Positions 40,630 to 51,853 of a stretch of DNA of 64,000 nt are shown here, piece by piece. The stretch's first letter is position 1. Each line of letters starts with the position of its first letter. The stretch lies in NCBI RefSeq assembly GCF_054482595.1, contig NZ_CM137008.1, one strand, 5' to 3'. The notes below the pieces were generated by a model. The model did no database searches, was not told where the DNA came from, and saw only the letters and a list, made by a program, of their open reading frames with translations. A program made the translations under genes and the position numbers.

Positions 40630-41310
40630 TCACAGGTTAAAGGTGTTGATAAGTTTATGGATGAAAGAGAAATGTGGCAGGGCGGAGATAAAACGCTCTT
40701 CAGCGACCAGACTGTGGATGTGGCCTCTCCGTTCAAACCGTTCTGATGTCAGGCTGACTGATTTGATATCTGCCAGAGGAAAGACCTGCAGTTTTCCCTT
40801 CTGTAACGCGATCAGATACCAGCTACCGCTGTAATAAATGAGCCGGCAGGGCTCCAGTGACGGATACCATCGCTCAGTCATCAGAGAGATGTGGATACAC
40901 TGTCTTATTGCCAGGATGAGTTGCGAGAAACACTCGGGGAACGTTGCAGTGATATCCGGCGCCGGTAGCCAGATAAGGCAGGGAGAGGGCTCCTGGTTGT
41001 CGGTAAGACAGGTTATCAGTCGTCCGTTCCGGAGCGGAAGTATCCGTGCGATCCCGGTATTCTGTATAAAAGAAAGCATTTCAGGGATCGCACCTGGGCT
41101 GCTCTGTCGTCTGAGGCTGTACCTGCCATTTCTGTACTCTAAATCCAGGTGAACCAGACGCTGATGAAAATCGCGCTGTAAAGTACGTTCTGTAACGCCA
41201 AATTCATCTGACAGTGTTTTTAGTGACAGAGATTCTCCGGCCATCAGTCGGCTGATAATGAGTGATAAGCGAACCGCCAGGCGATCATGCCGGGAACGAT
41301 TATCAGACAT
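40630..41310 (-). CDS. WYL-domain transcriptional regulator (YfjR-like, HTH)
   Basis: N-terminal HTH (RHDRLAVRLSLIISRLMAGESLSLKTLSDEFGVTERTLQRDF) followed by a WYL-like region (SGSWYLIA). Confidence 0.65.
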   Translation of the reverse strand: MSDNRSRHDRLAVRLSLIISRLMAGESLSLKTLSDEFGVTERTLQRDFHQRLVHLDLEYRNGRYSLRRQSSPGAIPEMLSFIQNTGIARILPLRNGRLITCLTDNQEPSPCLIWLPAPDITATFPECFSQLILAIRQCIHISLMTERWYPSLEPCRLIYYSGSWYLIALQKGKLQVFPLADIKSVSLTSERFERRGHIHSLVAEERFISALPHFSFIHKLINTFNL

Positions 41311-41512
41311 AGATGTGCACTCCGTAAGAAAACATCTTTTATTTCATGATGTTATTATGCATCATGATGTTGAAAGGATGTGTCGCATCCGGATAATCAG
41401 GAATAAAATGCAGCAGAAAAAATATTCTTTTAATTATCTGATTTTTAAGCATGATTTCATAAAAAGAAGAATGCTCGTTAATCCAGCGACACATCCTGTC
41501 GGCGTGAGTGTG

Positions 41513-42397
41513 TCAGAACAGACGCTCCCACAGTGTGATCAGCAGGTGGATAATGCGGTCCCGGGCTTTACGCAGAAGCTGTAACATCCAGGCCGGAAAA
41601 CTGAAACGGGCAACGGCGACGTCAAAACTTTTCCCGATGGTTTCACCAAAAGTCTGTTGTGCGTGTTTCTGGGCCTGTTCAGAGCGGTTTTCTCCCCGGA
41701 TATGTGAATACACCGCGCTGGTTGCCTGTGGTGGCAGTGCGTGGATCATCAGCGACACAAACGCCGGAAGGTTCCAGCCGACAGGTGCAGCAACGGAGAG
41801 TACCGGAAATGATGAAGGGAACAGGGTTGCCACCCGGGCTGTCACCGTCGCCAGTGAGAGCGCCTGCTGACGGGACGGGCATTTTTCTGTGGCATTCCAT
41901 TCTTCAGCAGGAAACACGCGATCGGCATGGCTGAGAACAAACAGAAAACGCGAGGGATCTGCGCCTTCATTCAGTAAAAACTGATGCATGGTAATGTCGG
42001 CGGCATACGCGCGTTCATCTGCCCGCAGGATCCAGATAATCAAATCCACTTCCGGCAGTAACTGACGGTAAAGCGCCCGGTATTCCTGATCATGTTGCGG
42101 CGTCTCTCCAATGCCGGGCAGATCGACCAGCGTCATTCTGCGTTCACCGATCTGCAGGGTAAGACGATGAGCCTGGCGGGTGCAGCCGTTCAGGGGATGT
42201 GTGGCACAGATATGGGACTGAAAAATAGCATTACACAGGCTACTTTTGCCGGTGCCGGATTTACCCATAATGCCAATCACGGGTTCGTAATGAATAACGC
42301 TGTGGAGATGTTCAAGAATTTTCTGACGAATTTCTTCAGGAAGAAACGTCAGATATGATTTCACTTGTGCGGAGAGGGAAGAATGGCTGAATGACAT
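41513..42397 (-). CDS. GTPase of the YeeP/YfjP/YkfA family
   Basis: P-loop GIMGKSGTGKSSLCNAIF, G3 motif LVDLPGIGET. Confidence 0.75.
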   Translation of the reverse strand: MSFSHSSLSAQVKSYLTFLPEEIRQKILEHLHSVIHYEPVIGIMGKSGTGKSSLCNAIFQSHICATHPLNGCTRQAHRLTLQIGERRMTLVDLPGIGETPQHDQEYRALYRQLLPEVDLIIWILRADERAYAADITMHQFLLNEGADPSRFLFVLSHADRVFPAEEWNATEKCPSRQQALSLATVTARVATLFPSSFPVLSVAAPVGWNLPAFVSLMIHALPPQATSAVYSHIRGENRSEQAQKHAQQTFGETIGKSFDVAVARFSFPAWMLQLLRKARDRIIHLLITLWERLF

Positions 42398-42581
42398 ACC
42401 GGTATCCTGTTGATTTCACTGAACCGGATCACACTAATCCGGTTTATCATTCAGGTAATATGGACGTGAAAAATGATGGAATGTCTGAATTACGGATATT
42501 ATTGTTAAAGTGTAATGGAGTATGAAGTGAGTTTTTCAGAACGGGAACTAATGACATACTGCGGTTTCAGGAGATGAGAGG

Positions 42582-43712
42582 ATGACCGGACGTAAAAACA
42601 AATGCGTCAGAAAAAATTGTAACAATCAGGTTTTCTCAGTAAAAATGGCAGTGGAGAAAAGACTGTGCAGAAAACATTATGAGAGGTTTTGTGAGCTCAA
42701 AAAAAGAAGAGAGCAAAATCCTGTTCACAGATTAAATGAAGCATTGCCAAGAAAGATAAAAGGACCCAAAAGTAAGAAAAAATTAGTAAAAGAAAGAGAA
42801 ATCATTAACAGCAGGAAGAAACATAAACAGGAGCAGGGACCATCGCTGGTTGAACTTAATAAAAAAGTTCGTGAGATACTGAAAACTCCGGCATGGAGAA
42901 CGCTGGAAACGAGAATTCGAAGAAACGGTATCACATTTAAATCAAAAGCAGAGTTAGATGTACTTTCTGAACTTTATGCAATTTATTCATGGGTTTCATA
43001 TTGCAAACGGAGCGATAATTATTCTGTGTGGTTTTTGAATTGTCCGGATGTAAATATAAATCTTCATGTGTGCGAATGCAGGTCTTCTGAAAGCGATTGT
43101 TATCTACCATCCCGTTTTATTATTCTTCCAGCTCCATTAAGGCAAAAAGTAAAAAGAAAATACCCTGCTAATTCGTCTGGAGTGTCAGGATATAGTGATT
43201 CAAAAAGTCTTTATAAGACTGTTTTGTCTGTTTGTGGTGGGAAAAGAGAAACCGAATTGTTCTTTTATTCACTGCCAGTAAAGACTAATCATCATCCTTA
43301 CTGGATTAAAAGTGGTGTGGTTAAAAGATTTCCGCCTATTTTTGGCTTGTTGTTTTATGAACAGGAAAGGTTAACAGGAGGTGTTTTTCGTTATGTGTTG
43401 ATAAAGTTTTATAATGCTTTTAAGGAGAATTTGTTTTTTGTTGAGATTATCTCGTGCTGTTTTCTTGTTGAGTTTTTTCATGATATTGATTCATTTTTTA
43501 TAAATCAACGATTAAGTAAGTTGGAAATTTTTATAGATAAGTGGAGGGAGGGTAAAGAAATCTGGATAAAAGCATATCTACAACTGATACATAATGCATT
43601 GGGAATAACTGAAACAGAAAAACTCGTCAATCTATATAATTCATTTTTTACTGATAAAGTGGTTCTCTGGGATGAATCAGTAAAAAAAGTTAAGTGGATT
43701 TATGAGAAATAG
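42582..43712 (+). CDS. Hypothetical protein, Lys/Arg-rich N-terminus with CxxC pairs, very AT-rich
   Basis: 376-aa ORF; N-terminal KCVRKNCNNQ ... CRKHYERFC and a strongly basic stretch; no homolog recalled. Confidence 0.35.
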   Translation: MTGRKNKCVRKNCNNQVFSVKMAVEKRLCRKHYERFCELKKRREQNPVHRLNEALPRKIKGPKSKKKLVKEREIINSRKKHKQEQGPSLVELNKKVREILKTPAWRTLETRIRRNGITFKSKAELDVLSELYAIYSWVSYCKRSDNYSVWFLNCPDVNINLHVCECRSSESDCYLPSRFIILPAPLRQKVKRKYPANSSGVSGYSDSKSLYKTVLSVCGGKRETELFFYSLPVKTNHHPYWIKSGVVKRFPPIFGLLFYEQERLTGGVFRYVLIKFYNAFKENLFFVEIISCCFLVEFFHDIDSFFINQRLSKLEIFIDKWREGKEIWIKAYLQLIHNALGITETEKLVNLYNSFFTDKVVLWDESVKKVKWIYEK

Positions 43713-44252
43713 CACCATTTAACTGAAAGCTACCATAACGTCTTTTTGATCACACGCATGATAATGCGTCTCATTTAAATTTCGTTTTTTGGGTCATGGA
43801 AATTTTCCGAACATCAGTGATAATGAGGGTTTTGTTGTTTTTGTTTCTGCAATGTTTGAGGGCTGTTCCTGGAGACGATTCGTTGCTTGTGAGCAAGTGG
43901 TGGTCCGCTTTACTGGACGAGTTTTGCATTTGTTGAGTGGTGAAATGGAAGTAAAAAGAGCCCCTTTCTGGCAATGACTGAAAAAGTCAGTAGCGTGTAA
44001 CAGTAAAAACTAACATAAAGTGATTATCGTATGATTATGACAATAACTTATAACTTTTATGAAAAGAACAACAGAAACTACGAAGCCATAACAGATTCCT
44101 GAGACCATGTTTTCTGAGGTAGAGAAAATAATTCAAGAGTAAACCAGTTTGTTTTTTGGTCAGTAAAGAACCATGCCTGATGTGAAAACGGGTAATCAAC
44201 ATTCAGTCTGCATGGATGTTTGGAAGAGTTGAGAATGTCGGTATGATACTAT

Positions 44253-44324
44253 ATACACGTATTTTTACTAAGCATTTCAGTAAGTGTTATACACGTATTT
44301 TTACTAAGCATTTCAGTAAGTGTT
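44253..44324. repeat. 36-bp tandem direct repeat (2 exact copies, then a degenerate third)
   Basis: atacacgtatttttactaagcatttcagtaagtgtt occurs at 44253-44288 and 44289-44324, followed by atacacgtattttcataaacacttctacaagtgtt...; lies in a ~1.25-kb ORF-free stretch. Confidence 0.8.
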
Positions 44325-45228
44325 ATACACGTATTTTCATAAACACTTCTACAAGTGTTTTCGTTAAGCATTGCTATACACATCCAGTTTAGTAAATCTT
44401 TACGTTAACTAAATCAGTTTAATGCTGCTGTAAAACCTTTCTGCTTCAGCAATCAATCTGCTATTCGATTTTACTGATGTTACGTTTAACCTTTCCTGAT
44501 ATTTCGAGTTTCGACGTTAGCATGAGAAAAGTATCTTTACGCTAAATCAACCCGAACTTTCCTGAAGTAATCTGACGTTCTTTTCGATGTGCTTACGACG
44601 ATTCTGTTAAACGACTTTCTGGATGTTTTGATAACAATCAGATTTAGGCATTAACGATTCCTGACGTTTTTCTTTTCCGTGTAAGGTCATTGTTTTCGTC
44701 ATGATGTGACTCTTCTTGCATTGCGAAAGTGTGATGAACGGTTTTGGTGTTTTGATTCAGATGAAGTTTACGTTATCGATGGTTAATCGTTTTTATGGTG
44801 CGTAGTGAAACGTAACGCTTTCAGGAAGGGAAAATCGATTCTGATGGGGATGATCGTGTAACGGCGTTATCTGTAAACAGGTTTTAAACATGTCATTCGC
44901 ATCCGTGATTAAGTTGTGTGATTAAGCTGTAGGTTTTGGCGTTGTTGTTGATTTGCATTACCAGGAAGCGTTCTGGTTGCGTTTCTGGTGTTTTGTTTGA
45001 ATGTTCTGTGGATCCTTTTCCCTTCTGACTTTTCTCGTTGTCCATGTCGTTTTTAAATCCATTCGCTGTTCTTGAGTGTTTTTACCCTGTGTGTAGGATT
45101 ATCTTTTTGTTCCGTTTCAATCACTCTTAATCAGAAAGTTGTAGCATTGCTCAATGCCGGATGCCGTAAAGTTTTACCGCGGTGATTAATGATGTGAAGT
45201 CAATCCAAATCAACGGAGATCTCTCATC

Positions 45229-45960
45229 ATGAATCAACCAATACACAATGCTTACTGGTTATCCCGTTTTGAAAGTATTCTCAACGGTGCCCTGGCGCAA
45301 CACCGTGCCGTCTCGTTAATCCGGGTGGATTTACGTTTCCCTGAGTATATGCCTGCCACCATCATGGATACCGATTTAGATTCAGCGGTGATTTCTCGTT
45401 TTTTTGCATCCCTGAAAGCAAAAATTCAGGCTTACCAGCGGAAAAAACGACGTGCCAACAAGCGTGTGCGTGCAACCACTCTGCGTTATTTCTGGTGTCG
45501 GGAGTTTGGCAAGGAAAAAGGCAGGAAACATTATCACGTGATATTACTGCTCAACAAAGATACCTGGTGCTCGCCAGGGGATTTCACCGTTCCTTCTTCG
45601 CTGGCGACGCTGATCCAACTGGCATGGTGCAGTGCTCTGCATCTTGAGCCCTGGCAGGGTAATGGACTGGTTCACTTTTCCAGGCGGACGCCTTTCCGTA
45701 AACCGACATCATCTGATGCTCGCCCTTCTTCCGATGATACGCCTGTGCCTGGTGGATGTTCTGATACCCGGAAGGATTCTGACAAAAAATCTGGTGGATC
45801 CGCTGTTCTCTGGGTCAAGCGTGGTGATGTGGAAGCGATGCAGAAAGCCATGGAGAGAGCCCGTTATCTCGTGAAGTATGAGACGAAGCAGCATGACGGT
45901 TCTGGTCAACGTAATTATGGTTGCAGTCGTGGGCTGGGGCGTCTACTGGATGGCAGGTGA
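45229..45960 (+). CDS. YagK/YfjJ-family protein (inovirus Gp2-type)
   Basis: 243 aa; region RYFWCREFGKEKGRKHYHVILLLNKD resembles the YagK/YfjJ family of CP4-type elements. Confidence 0.45.
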   Translation: MNQPIHNAYWLSRFESILNGALAQHRAVSLIRVDLRFPEYMPATIMDTDLDSAVISRFFASLKAKIQAYQRKKRRANKRVRATTLRYFWCREFGKEKGRKHYHVILLLNKDTWCSPGDFTVPSSLATLIQLAWCSALHLEPWQGNGLVHFSRRTPFRKPTSSDARPSSDDTPVPGGCSDTRKDSDKKSGGSAVLWVKRGDVEAMQKAMERARYLVKYETKQHDGSGQRNYGCSRGLGRLLDGR

Positions 45961-46287
45961 ACCCTGTAAAACAGCATCCGATGCCTGAGTTTATGCCAAC
46001 GCCCTTAGCTCGCTTTCTGAAAAGTCGTCCTGAAGTAATGCAATGGATTGCCATCTACTTCCGTTCGTGACACATAAGTCGAAAAACCTTTGGTTGTTCT
46101 GGTTATTTGCATTTACTGCCATTCATAGAAATGAACAGATCGATTGGTAGGACTCAAATGTTATAGCGTCTCTCTTCTCATAGTCTGCTTTGTACCAGAC
46201 GCGGAATCCCCTAATGCTGGTGTACAGGTTCTGACTCATTTCCTCCCCCACTTTCATCCCGTTATACTGTGAAAAAAGGAGGTAGGC

Positions 46288-47166
46288 GTGAAACTGAAAA
46301 TGCAGGATTTGAGGCTGTTTAATATTGTGTTCGAGAGCGATCCTGGCTGGATACTGGATTTCTCTAACCGCACCTTGTCTGCTTTTTTCGATGAAGAATT
46401 GAACATTGATATTGATGATGAACGTTATCAGAAAGAGGGGACGTCAAAAGCCAAACGAGTTAGATGCTTGCTGAAACAGGTTGATCGTGAGACCGCTCTG
46501 CGGGTTCTTGGTGCGCTCTGGCAGTATAAAACGGAATCCATGCCTGAACAGGCTGAACAAAGCCGTAATGACTATCTTGCACTGATTTCCCGCTTAGAAA
46601 ACGCTGACACCGATGAAGCCAAAGGCGTTAAGCCTGTCCAGGCATGGCATGGTGTTGACTGGCATTCACTTATCGCTGAAATGAACGAGATGAAATCTCT
46701 GCCGCCACATCCACGTGGTTTTCGGTTTGAAGCCTGGCTTGCTGAACTGTTCAGTATCTTTAAGCTTGCTCCCCGTTCGTCTTTCCGAAATACAGGCGAA
46801 CAGATTGACGGAAGTTTCCGACTGAATGATGAATTTTACCTGATGGAGGCAAAGTGGCATCAGAAAAGAACGTCGGCTGCCGACCTCCATGTATTTGAAG
46901 GAAAGCTCAGTACCAAGGCAACCTGGACACGCGGTGTTTTTATCAGTTGGATGGGCTTTACGCCTGAAGGCCTGACGGCTTTTGGTAAAGGGAAGCGGGT
47001 TATCTGTGTCAGTGGTTATGATCTTTACCACTCACTGAATCATAGGATCCCTTTACCCGACCTTCTGGATGCTAAAACCCGGCACGCGGCTGAAACGGGA
47101 GAGCCCTATGCTGAGTTCGACCGACTATATGCACTGAAAGACAAACAGTTCGGCACGCTGAAATAA
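46288..47166 (+). CDS. Mrr-like restriction-endonuclease-domain protein (PD-(D/E)xK), N-terminal domain unknown
   Basis: 292 aa; C-terminal half contains [27 protein letters not shown], fitting the (D/E)-x-GIDG ... x-A-K-(R/W) pattern of Mrr-type catalytic domains. Confidence 0.45.
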   Translation: MKLKMQDLRLFNIVFESDPGWILDFSNRTLSAFFDEELNIDIDDERYQKEGTSKAKRVRCLLKQVDRETALRVLGALWQYKTESMPEQAEQSRNDYLALISRLENADTDEAKGVKPVQAWHGVDWHSLIAEMNEMKSLPPHPRGFRFEAWLAELFSIFKLAPRSSFRNTGEQIDGSFRLNDEFYLMEAKWHQKRTSAADLHVFEGKLSTKATWTRGVFISWMGFTPEGLTAFGKGKRVICVSGYDLYHSLNHRIPLPDLLDAKTRHAAETGEPYAEFDRLYALKDKQFGTLK

Positions 47167-47180
47167 CGGGTTGGGAAGCG

Positions 47181-47794
47181 ATGACCTGCTCCCCGTTGTT
47201 TCACACAGAATCGTGTACAGGGTCGAAGTTCTGGCTCAATGTGCTGACTGAACTGAAAAACCGCGGTCTGAACGATATCCTCATCACCTGTGTAGATAGC
47301 CTGAAAGGCTTTCCAGATGCCATCAACACAGTATATCCGGAGGCCAGCATCCAGTTATGCATCGTGCATATGGTGCGCAACAGCCTGCGCTTCGTGTCAT
47401 GGAAGGACTACAAAGCCGTCACTCGCGACCTGAAAGAGATTTAATCAGGCACCCACGGAAGAGACAGGCTAGCAAGCACTAGATAAGTCGGAGCTGGCAG
47501 GCTAACTGACCGAATCTTACCACGTTCTTCGCTTATCTGACGGACATTCGCAAAGTGCGCTATACGACGAATGCCATCGAGTCACTAAACAGTGTGATCC
47601 GCCATGCGATCAAAAAGCGTAAAGTGTTCCCGACAGACGACTCGGTGAAAAAAGTGGTGTGGCTGGCAATCCAGTCTGCGTCCCAGAAATGGACGGTGTC
47701 GTTGAAGGACAGGTGTATGGCAATGAGCCGCTTTATTATCGAGTTCGGTGACTGCCTGTCACTTCTGAAAAAAGGCATTTACACAGAATCCTAA
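47181..47794 (+). pseudogene. IS256-family (mutator-type) transposase, fragmented
   Basis: Two short ORFs (…[47 protein letters not shown]… and …TNAIESLNSVIRHAIKKRKVFPTDDSVKKVVWLAIQSASQKW…) resemble the C-terminal half of IS256-family transposases, broken by stops. Confidence 0.5.
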
Positions 47795-47913
47795 ACAGGT
47801 TCCGACATTCCCCACTCATACTAAACACCTTGTCACTTGACGCAGGGCTGAACATTTTACAACAACGGTATACCAATATGATATTGGTTTACTAAATTTT
47901 TTGGGAATCCCTC

Positions 47914-48796
47914 AGGGAATTTCTCCCTATACTTCCAGACATCTGTTATCATTTAACCCATTACTGATCCGCTGCCGCATATATACCTGCGGCGAGCGAT
48001 AACTTAGAACTATGCTGCATTGTAATGTTCGATTGCTACTGCATGGTTATGCAATGCCGTCATTAACATCTGGCTTGGGCATGAACACGATGTAGTCACG
48101 CTTTATCGTTTTCACGAAGCTCTCTGCTATTCTGTTACTCTCCGGACTCCGCACCGCCGTGTTCTTCGATTCAAGTCCCAACATCCGAGCGAACTGGCGT
48201 GTTTCATTAGCCCGGTAGCATGAACCATTATCTGTCAGCCACTCCACTGGAGACGCCGGAAGCTCGTTGCCGAAGCGGCGTTCCACCGCTCCTGGCATGA
48301 CGTCCTGTACTGTTTCACTGTTGAAGCCGCCGGTAGTGACCGCCCAGTGCATCACCCCGGCAATAAGGGAGCGTGCGCTATCCACTTTTTGCACGTCCAT
48401 ATTCAACGGCTTCTTTAATGAGTTCATTTTCCATCGTTTTGTTCCGGGCAGGCGCTGGCGTTCTTTAATCTGCCTTATGGCAGCAGCAAGTTCAGAGGCA
48501 GGAACGATCTGTTCCCCAGCAGTCACCGCAGTAAGACTTCCCTCCTGGTATTGCTTGCGCCAGAGAAGTAACTGGCTGCTACACCATGTTGCCGGGCAAC
48601 GAGGGAGACCGTCATTCCTGGTTCAAAGCTCTTCTGAACATTAGCGATCTTTTCCTGTGCAGTATGCCGTCTGAGTTTCTCCGGTCCTGAGGCATCAATC
48701 ATCTGTTTTCCAATGACCAGTCTAAAAACTAATATTAAGATTATCACTTATTTAAGTGATATTGGTTGACTGGAGATTCAGGGGGCTAGCCTATCC
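47914..48796 (-). mobile_element. IS2 remnant with internal deletion (pseudo)
   Basis: Ends resemble the IS2 termini (…ccagacatctgttatcatttaaccc… and …ctggagattcagggggctagccta); encodes truncated InsD-like (159 aa) and InsC-like (74 aa) fragments; ~0.88 kb versus 1.33 kb for intact IS2; left boundary approximate. Confidence 0.65.
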
Positions 48797-48922
48797 GGGA
48801 AAGTTCACTCACTTTGAATGAAGTAAATATTAAGTATCACATTTTGTGATGTAGCCATTATTTTTATAAAAAATCACCTGATAGGATTTATCATAAGTTA
48901 ATGATAAGCAGAGTATTGATAG

Positions 48923-49363
48923 ATGAGCAAGAAGAAGTTTTCTGTTGAGAATGAAGATCTCTCTACTGTTCGTACATCACTTCTTAATTCCAACCTTGTC
49001 CGGAAGTTGATCATGGAAATGTCTGATGAAGACTTCAATCAAGTTAAGGATAACCTTGAAAAGGCCATTGAGCAGCGTAATGAGTTGAAGGATTCTTTGG
49101 CAATTATCAAAAAGTACATGGATGACGCAGGTGTAACGGCGGAAGATGTGTATCGTGAATTTGGCAAAAAATTACAGACGGGCAGAAAAAACGATTCAGG
49201 AGAGTCTAATAAGTACAGGTATGAGTATAACGGTCAAATAATGTACTGGAGTGGACAAGGTCGTCGGCCTTCTGTTATTGCAGAAGCAATAAAAGCCGGA
49301 GGTTCTCTTGATGATTTTCTTATATCTCAGGGCACATCATCATCTTGTTCTGATTATGAGTGA
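48923..49363 (+). CDS. H-NS-family nucleoid-associated protein paralog
   Basis: 146 aa; N-terminal coiled-coil-like region and a C-terminal DNA-binding motif YWSGQGRRPSVIAEAIKAGGSLDDFLI, close to the H-NS TWTGQGRTPAVIKKAM...SLDDFLI signature. Confidence 0.65.
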   Translation: MSKKKFSVENEDLSTVRTSLLNSNLVRKLIMEMSDEDFNQVKDNLEKAIEQRNELKDSLAIIKKYMDDAGVTAEDVYREFGKKLQTGRKNDSGESNKYRYEYNGQIMYWSGQGRRPSVIAEAIKAGGSLDDFLISQGTSSSCSDYE

Positions 49364-49631
49364 TACATCTAATCGGTTGAATGTTGCTGTAATGCTCGCT
49401 TTTGATGCTTATATGGCAGCGTTACCGTTTATTGTTTTAGTTACAAATTGGTCGTCATGGACATAACCTGAAATTATAACTATCATCGGGTCTTTCAAGT
49501 TGCTTATGCATATAACGCCAGGGAGGAAAACGAGAGTTAAAAAATTGAACTGTTCTCATAGAGACTGTAATTTAAATTGTGTAATTGCCGGTTTTTGATA
49601 TGTTCACTCCAACAACGTAGACAAGTAGATT

Positions 49632-50139
49632 GTGGACGAAAAGACGCTTAAAGTCCTTGCGGCTGAACTGGCTAAAGGCCTCAAAACCGGGGCCGATCTC
49701 AATCAGTTTTCCCGTATGCTGACGAAATTAACTGTCGAAACGGCGCTTAATGCGGAACTCGGTAACGGCTGCAGATGTTCCTGCTCTGGTGTATGCTCAG
49801 CATCCTGTTTTGGTGCGGCGAAGACATGGAAGCGGCGGGAGAACCCCAGCGTATTAACCGCAAAGTTAACTTTGCACCGTTGCCCGGCAACCTCCACCTC
49901 AACTTCGCCCTAGTCGTGCTGGAGCTGGTATCCAGGCTGAGTTTCGAAGCGAACTGTTCTTTTTGACGGACGCATTTTACGTTTGGGCTGGATGTAGTAA
50001 CGCAGCATGGAACGTCCGCCCGTATAACCCATTGCCTGACCGTTCGTTCAGAGCAACCAATCTGAGTCGCAATATCGACAATGTACGCGCCCTGCTGGCG
50101 CATTTGCTTTATCATGTAAAAGTCCTCTCTGCTCAGCAT
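49632..50139. pseudogene. Transposase fragments (HTH N-terminus on - strand; IS256-like piece on + strand)
   Basis: MLSREDFYMIKQMRQQGAYIVDIATQIGCSERTVRQW on the - strand looks like a transposase HTH; MDEKTLKVLAAELAKGLKTGADLNQFSRMLTKLTVETALNAEL on the + strand resembles an IS256-family internal segment; both are broken. Confidence 0.3.
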
Positions 50140-51171
50140 GTTGATGTCATTTCTGGTGTGAGAACCTTAAGGAAACAACATGTTGGGTGGAGCGGAAAAT
50201 CCAAATGGTGACCGTCTTATTATCGCTGGCGCTGACACCTGAGCGATCACCTTTAATATGGTAGCAATTACACTGAATTACTTACAGATTCGTTATAACG
50301 AACCTCTGTACATAATTATGAAACAGATTTGTATTTACATAAAACATGGATATTTTTAATTTAGGTTTATTACTATTATTATACTCACTCCCTTTTTGAT
50401 ATAATCTCTATTGTTATTTACTTCCTGTCTTTACTCACTCTCTGTTCCTGTTTTCAGTGAAATAATAATTTATTTTAATTTTATCCATCATGAGCTGTAT
50501 TTGCTTAACAATGATTGTTTGCCTGATATGTTTTAACTATTCTGGTGAACATCAATTCTCTGTCATCACTGATTAACTGAATGCTTACGCTTTGATAAGG
50601 TATCCATGATTCCGTCATGTTTAACAGCGCAGAATAAACAATGAAATTAACAGAGTGAATTCCTGATTATGTTTGTTTCGGGTTGTATTGTTTAAGATGC
50701 AGAGTAAAAATCATGCCAGTGGTATTTTTTACTCTGGTAATGTGTGCGGTTAACGTTCATGTCCTTAAGAACAGATTGGATGAGGGCGTATAAGTTTATT
50801 GCGTTGGCCTTGTTCACGTTTTTTTAGAACCACTGAGAGCAAGTTTGTAGTTTATGATTGATTGGTCGAAATATATTTCTTAACCTTCTGGTTGTGGGTT
50901 TTTATCGCGTGTTTTGCAGTATTTCGTGATGTTTATTGATTCTGTATTTTATTCGCTCCTCGTTTATCTCATCTCTTTAGCTAATACCATCAGATAATCC
51001 ATTTATTTCTGCACAACGCTACGTGTCGTTAATAACCGACGTATCCATTCTGTTACAGCATGCCTGATAAATACCGTCTGTAAGTTATTACCGTTTTAGA
51101 TCTGATTATGAGCGAAAGCATTAATTCGTTTACAGCACTTAAAACGTCATTAACTTTCAGGAGTCATCAGC

Positions 51172-51738
51172 ATGCCTAAATCTTACACACCAAACTGGTT
51201 TTTTACCGCTTTACTTGACAATCACATCAATCAAATGATGGCACGCTATTCCTGCCTGCGGGCCTTACGCATGGATTTCTTCTACAGGAAAGATACGCCT
51301 GATTTCTTACAACCTGATCATCGCTGGCTTGAATTGCAGTTGCGTATGCTGCTGGAGCAGGTGGAACAATTTGAAAATATCGTTGGCTTCTTCTGGGTGA
51401 TTGAATGGACGGCTGATCATGGTTTTCATGCGCATGCGGTTTTCTGGATCGATCGTCAGAGGGTTAAAAAAATATATCCCTTTGCGGAGCGGATTACGGA
51501 ATGCTGGCGGTCTATTACGCATAACAGTGGTTCGGCACACCGCTGTACATATCAGCCGCATTATACATACAACATCAACATTCCTGTGCGCCACAACGAT
51601 CCTGAAAGCATCGATAATATTCGCGGTGCCCTGCATTATCTGGCGAAAGAAGAACAAAAAGACGGGCTGTGTGCCTACGGCTGCAATGAAGTTCCTGAAC
51701 GTCCTGCTGCAGGGCGTCCTCGTAAGCCTCACTTCTGA
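51172..51738 (+). CDS. YagK/YfjJ-family protein, second paralog
   Basis: 188 aa; FFWVIEWTADHGFHAHAVFWIDRQ parallels the HYHVILLL region of the 45229 gene. Confidence 0.4.
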   Translation: MPKSYTPNWFFTALLDNHINQMMARYSCLRALRMDFFYRKDTPDFLQPDHRWLELQLRMLLEQVEQFENIVGFFWVIEWTADHGFHAHAVFWIDRQRVKKIYPFAERITECWRSITHNSGSAHRCTYQPHYTYNINIPVRHNDPESIDNIRGALHYLAKEEQKDGLCAYGCNEVPERPAAGRPRKPHF

Positions 51739-51853
51739 AAGTTTGAATCATGAGTTTCCTGGCCCGGAAACACTTAGTCGGTAAAAACTTACCTCGATGA
51801 TTAATGATGTGAACTGAAGTCAACGGAGATCATTCACCCTGAACCTGCATCCG

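Noticed and set aside
44253-44360. Tandem 36-bp repeats considered as a possible CRISPR array
   Set aside because: The units are directly contiguous with no unique spacers between them, there are only two to three copies, and no cas genes are nearby; this is a simple tandem repeat.
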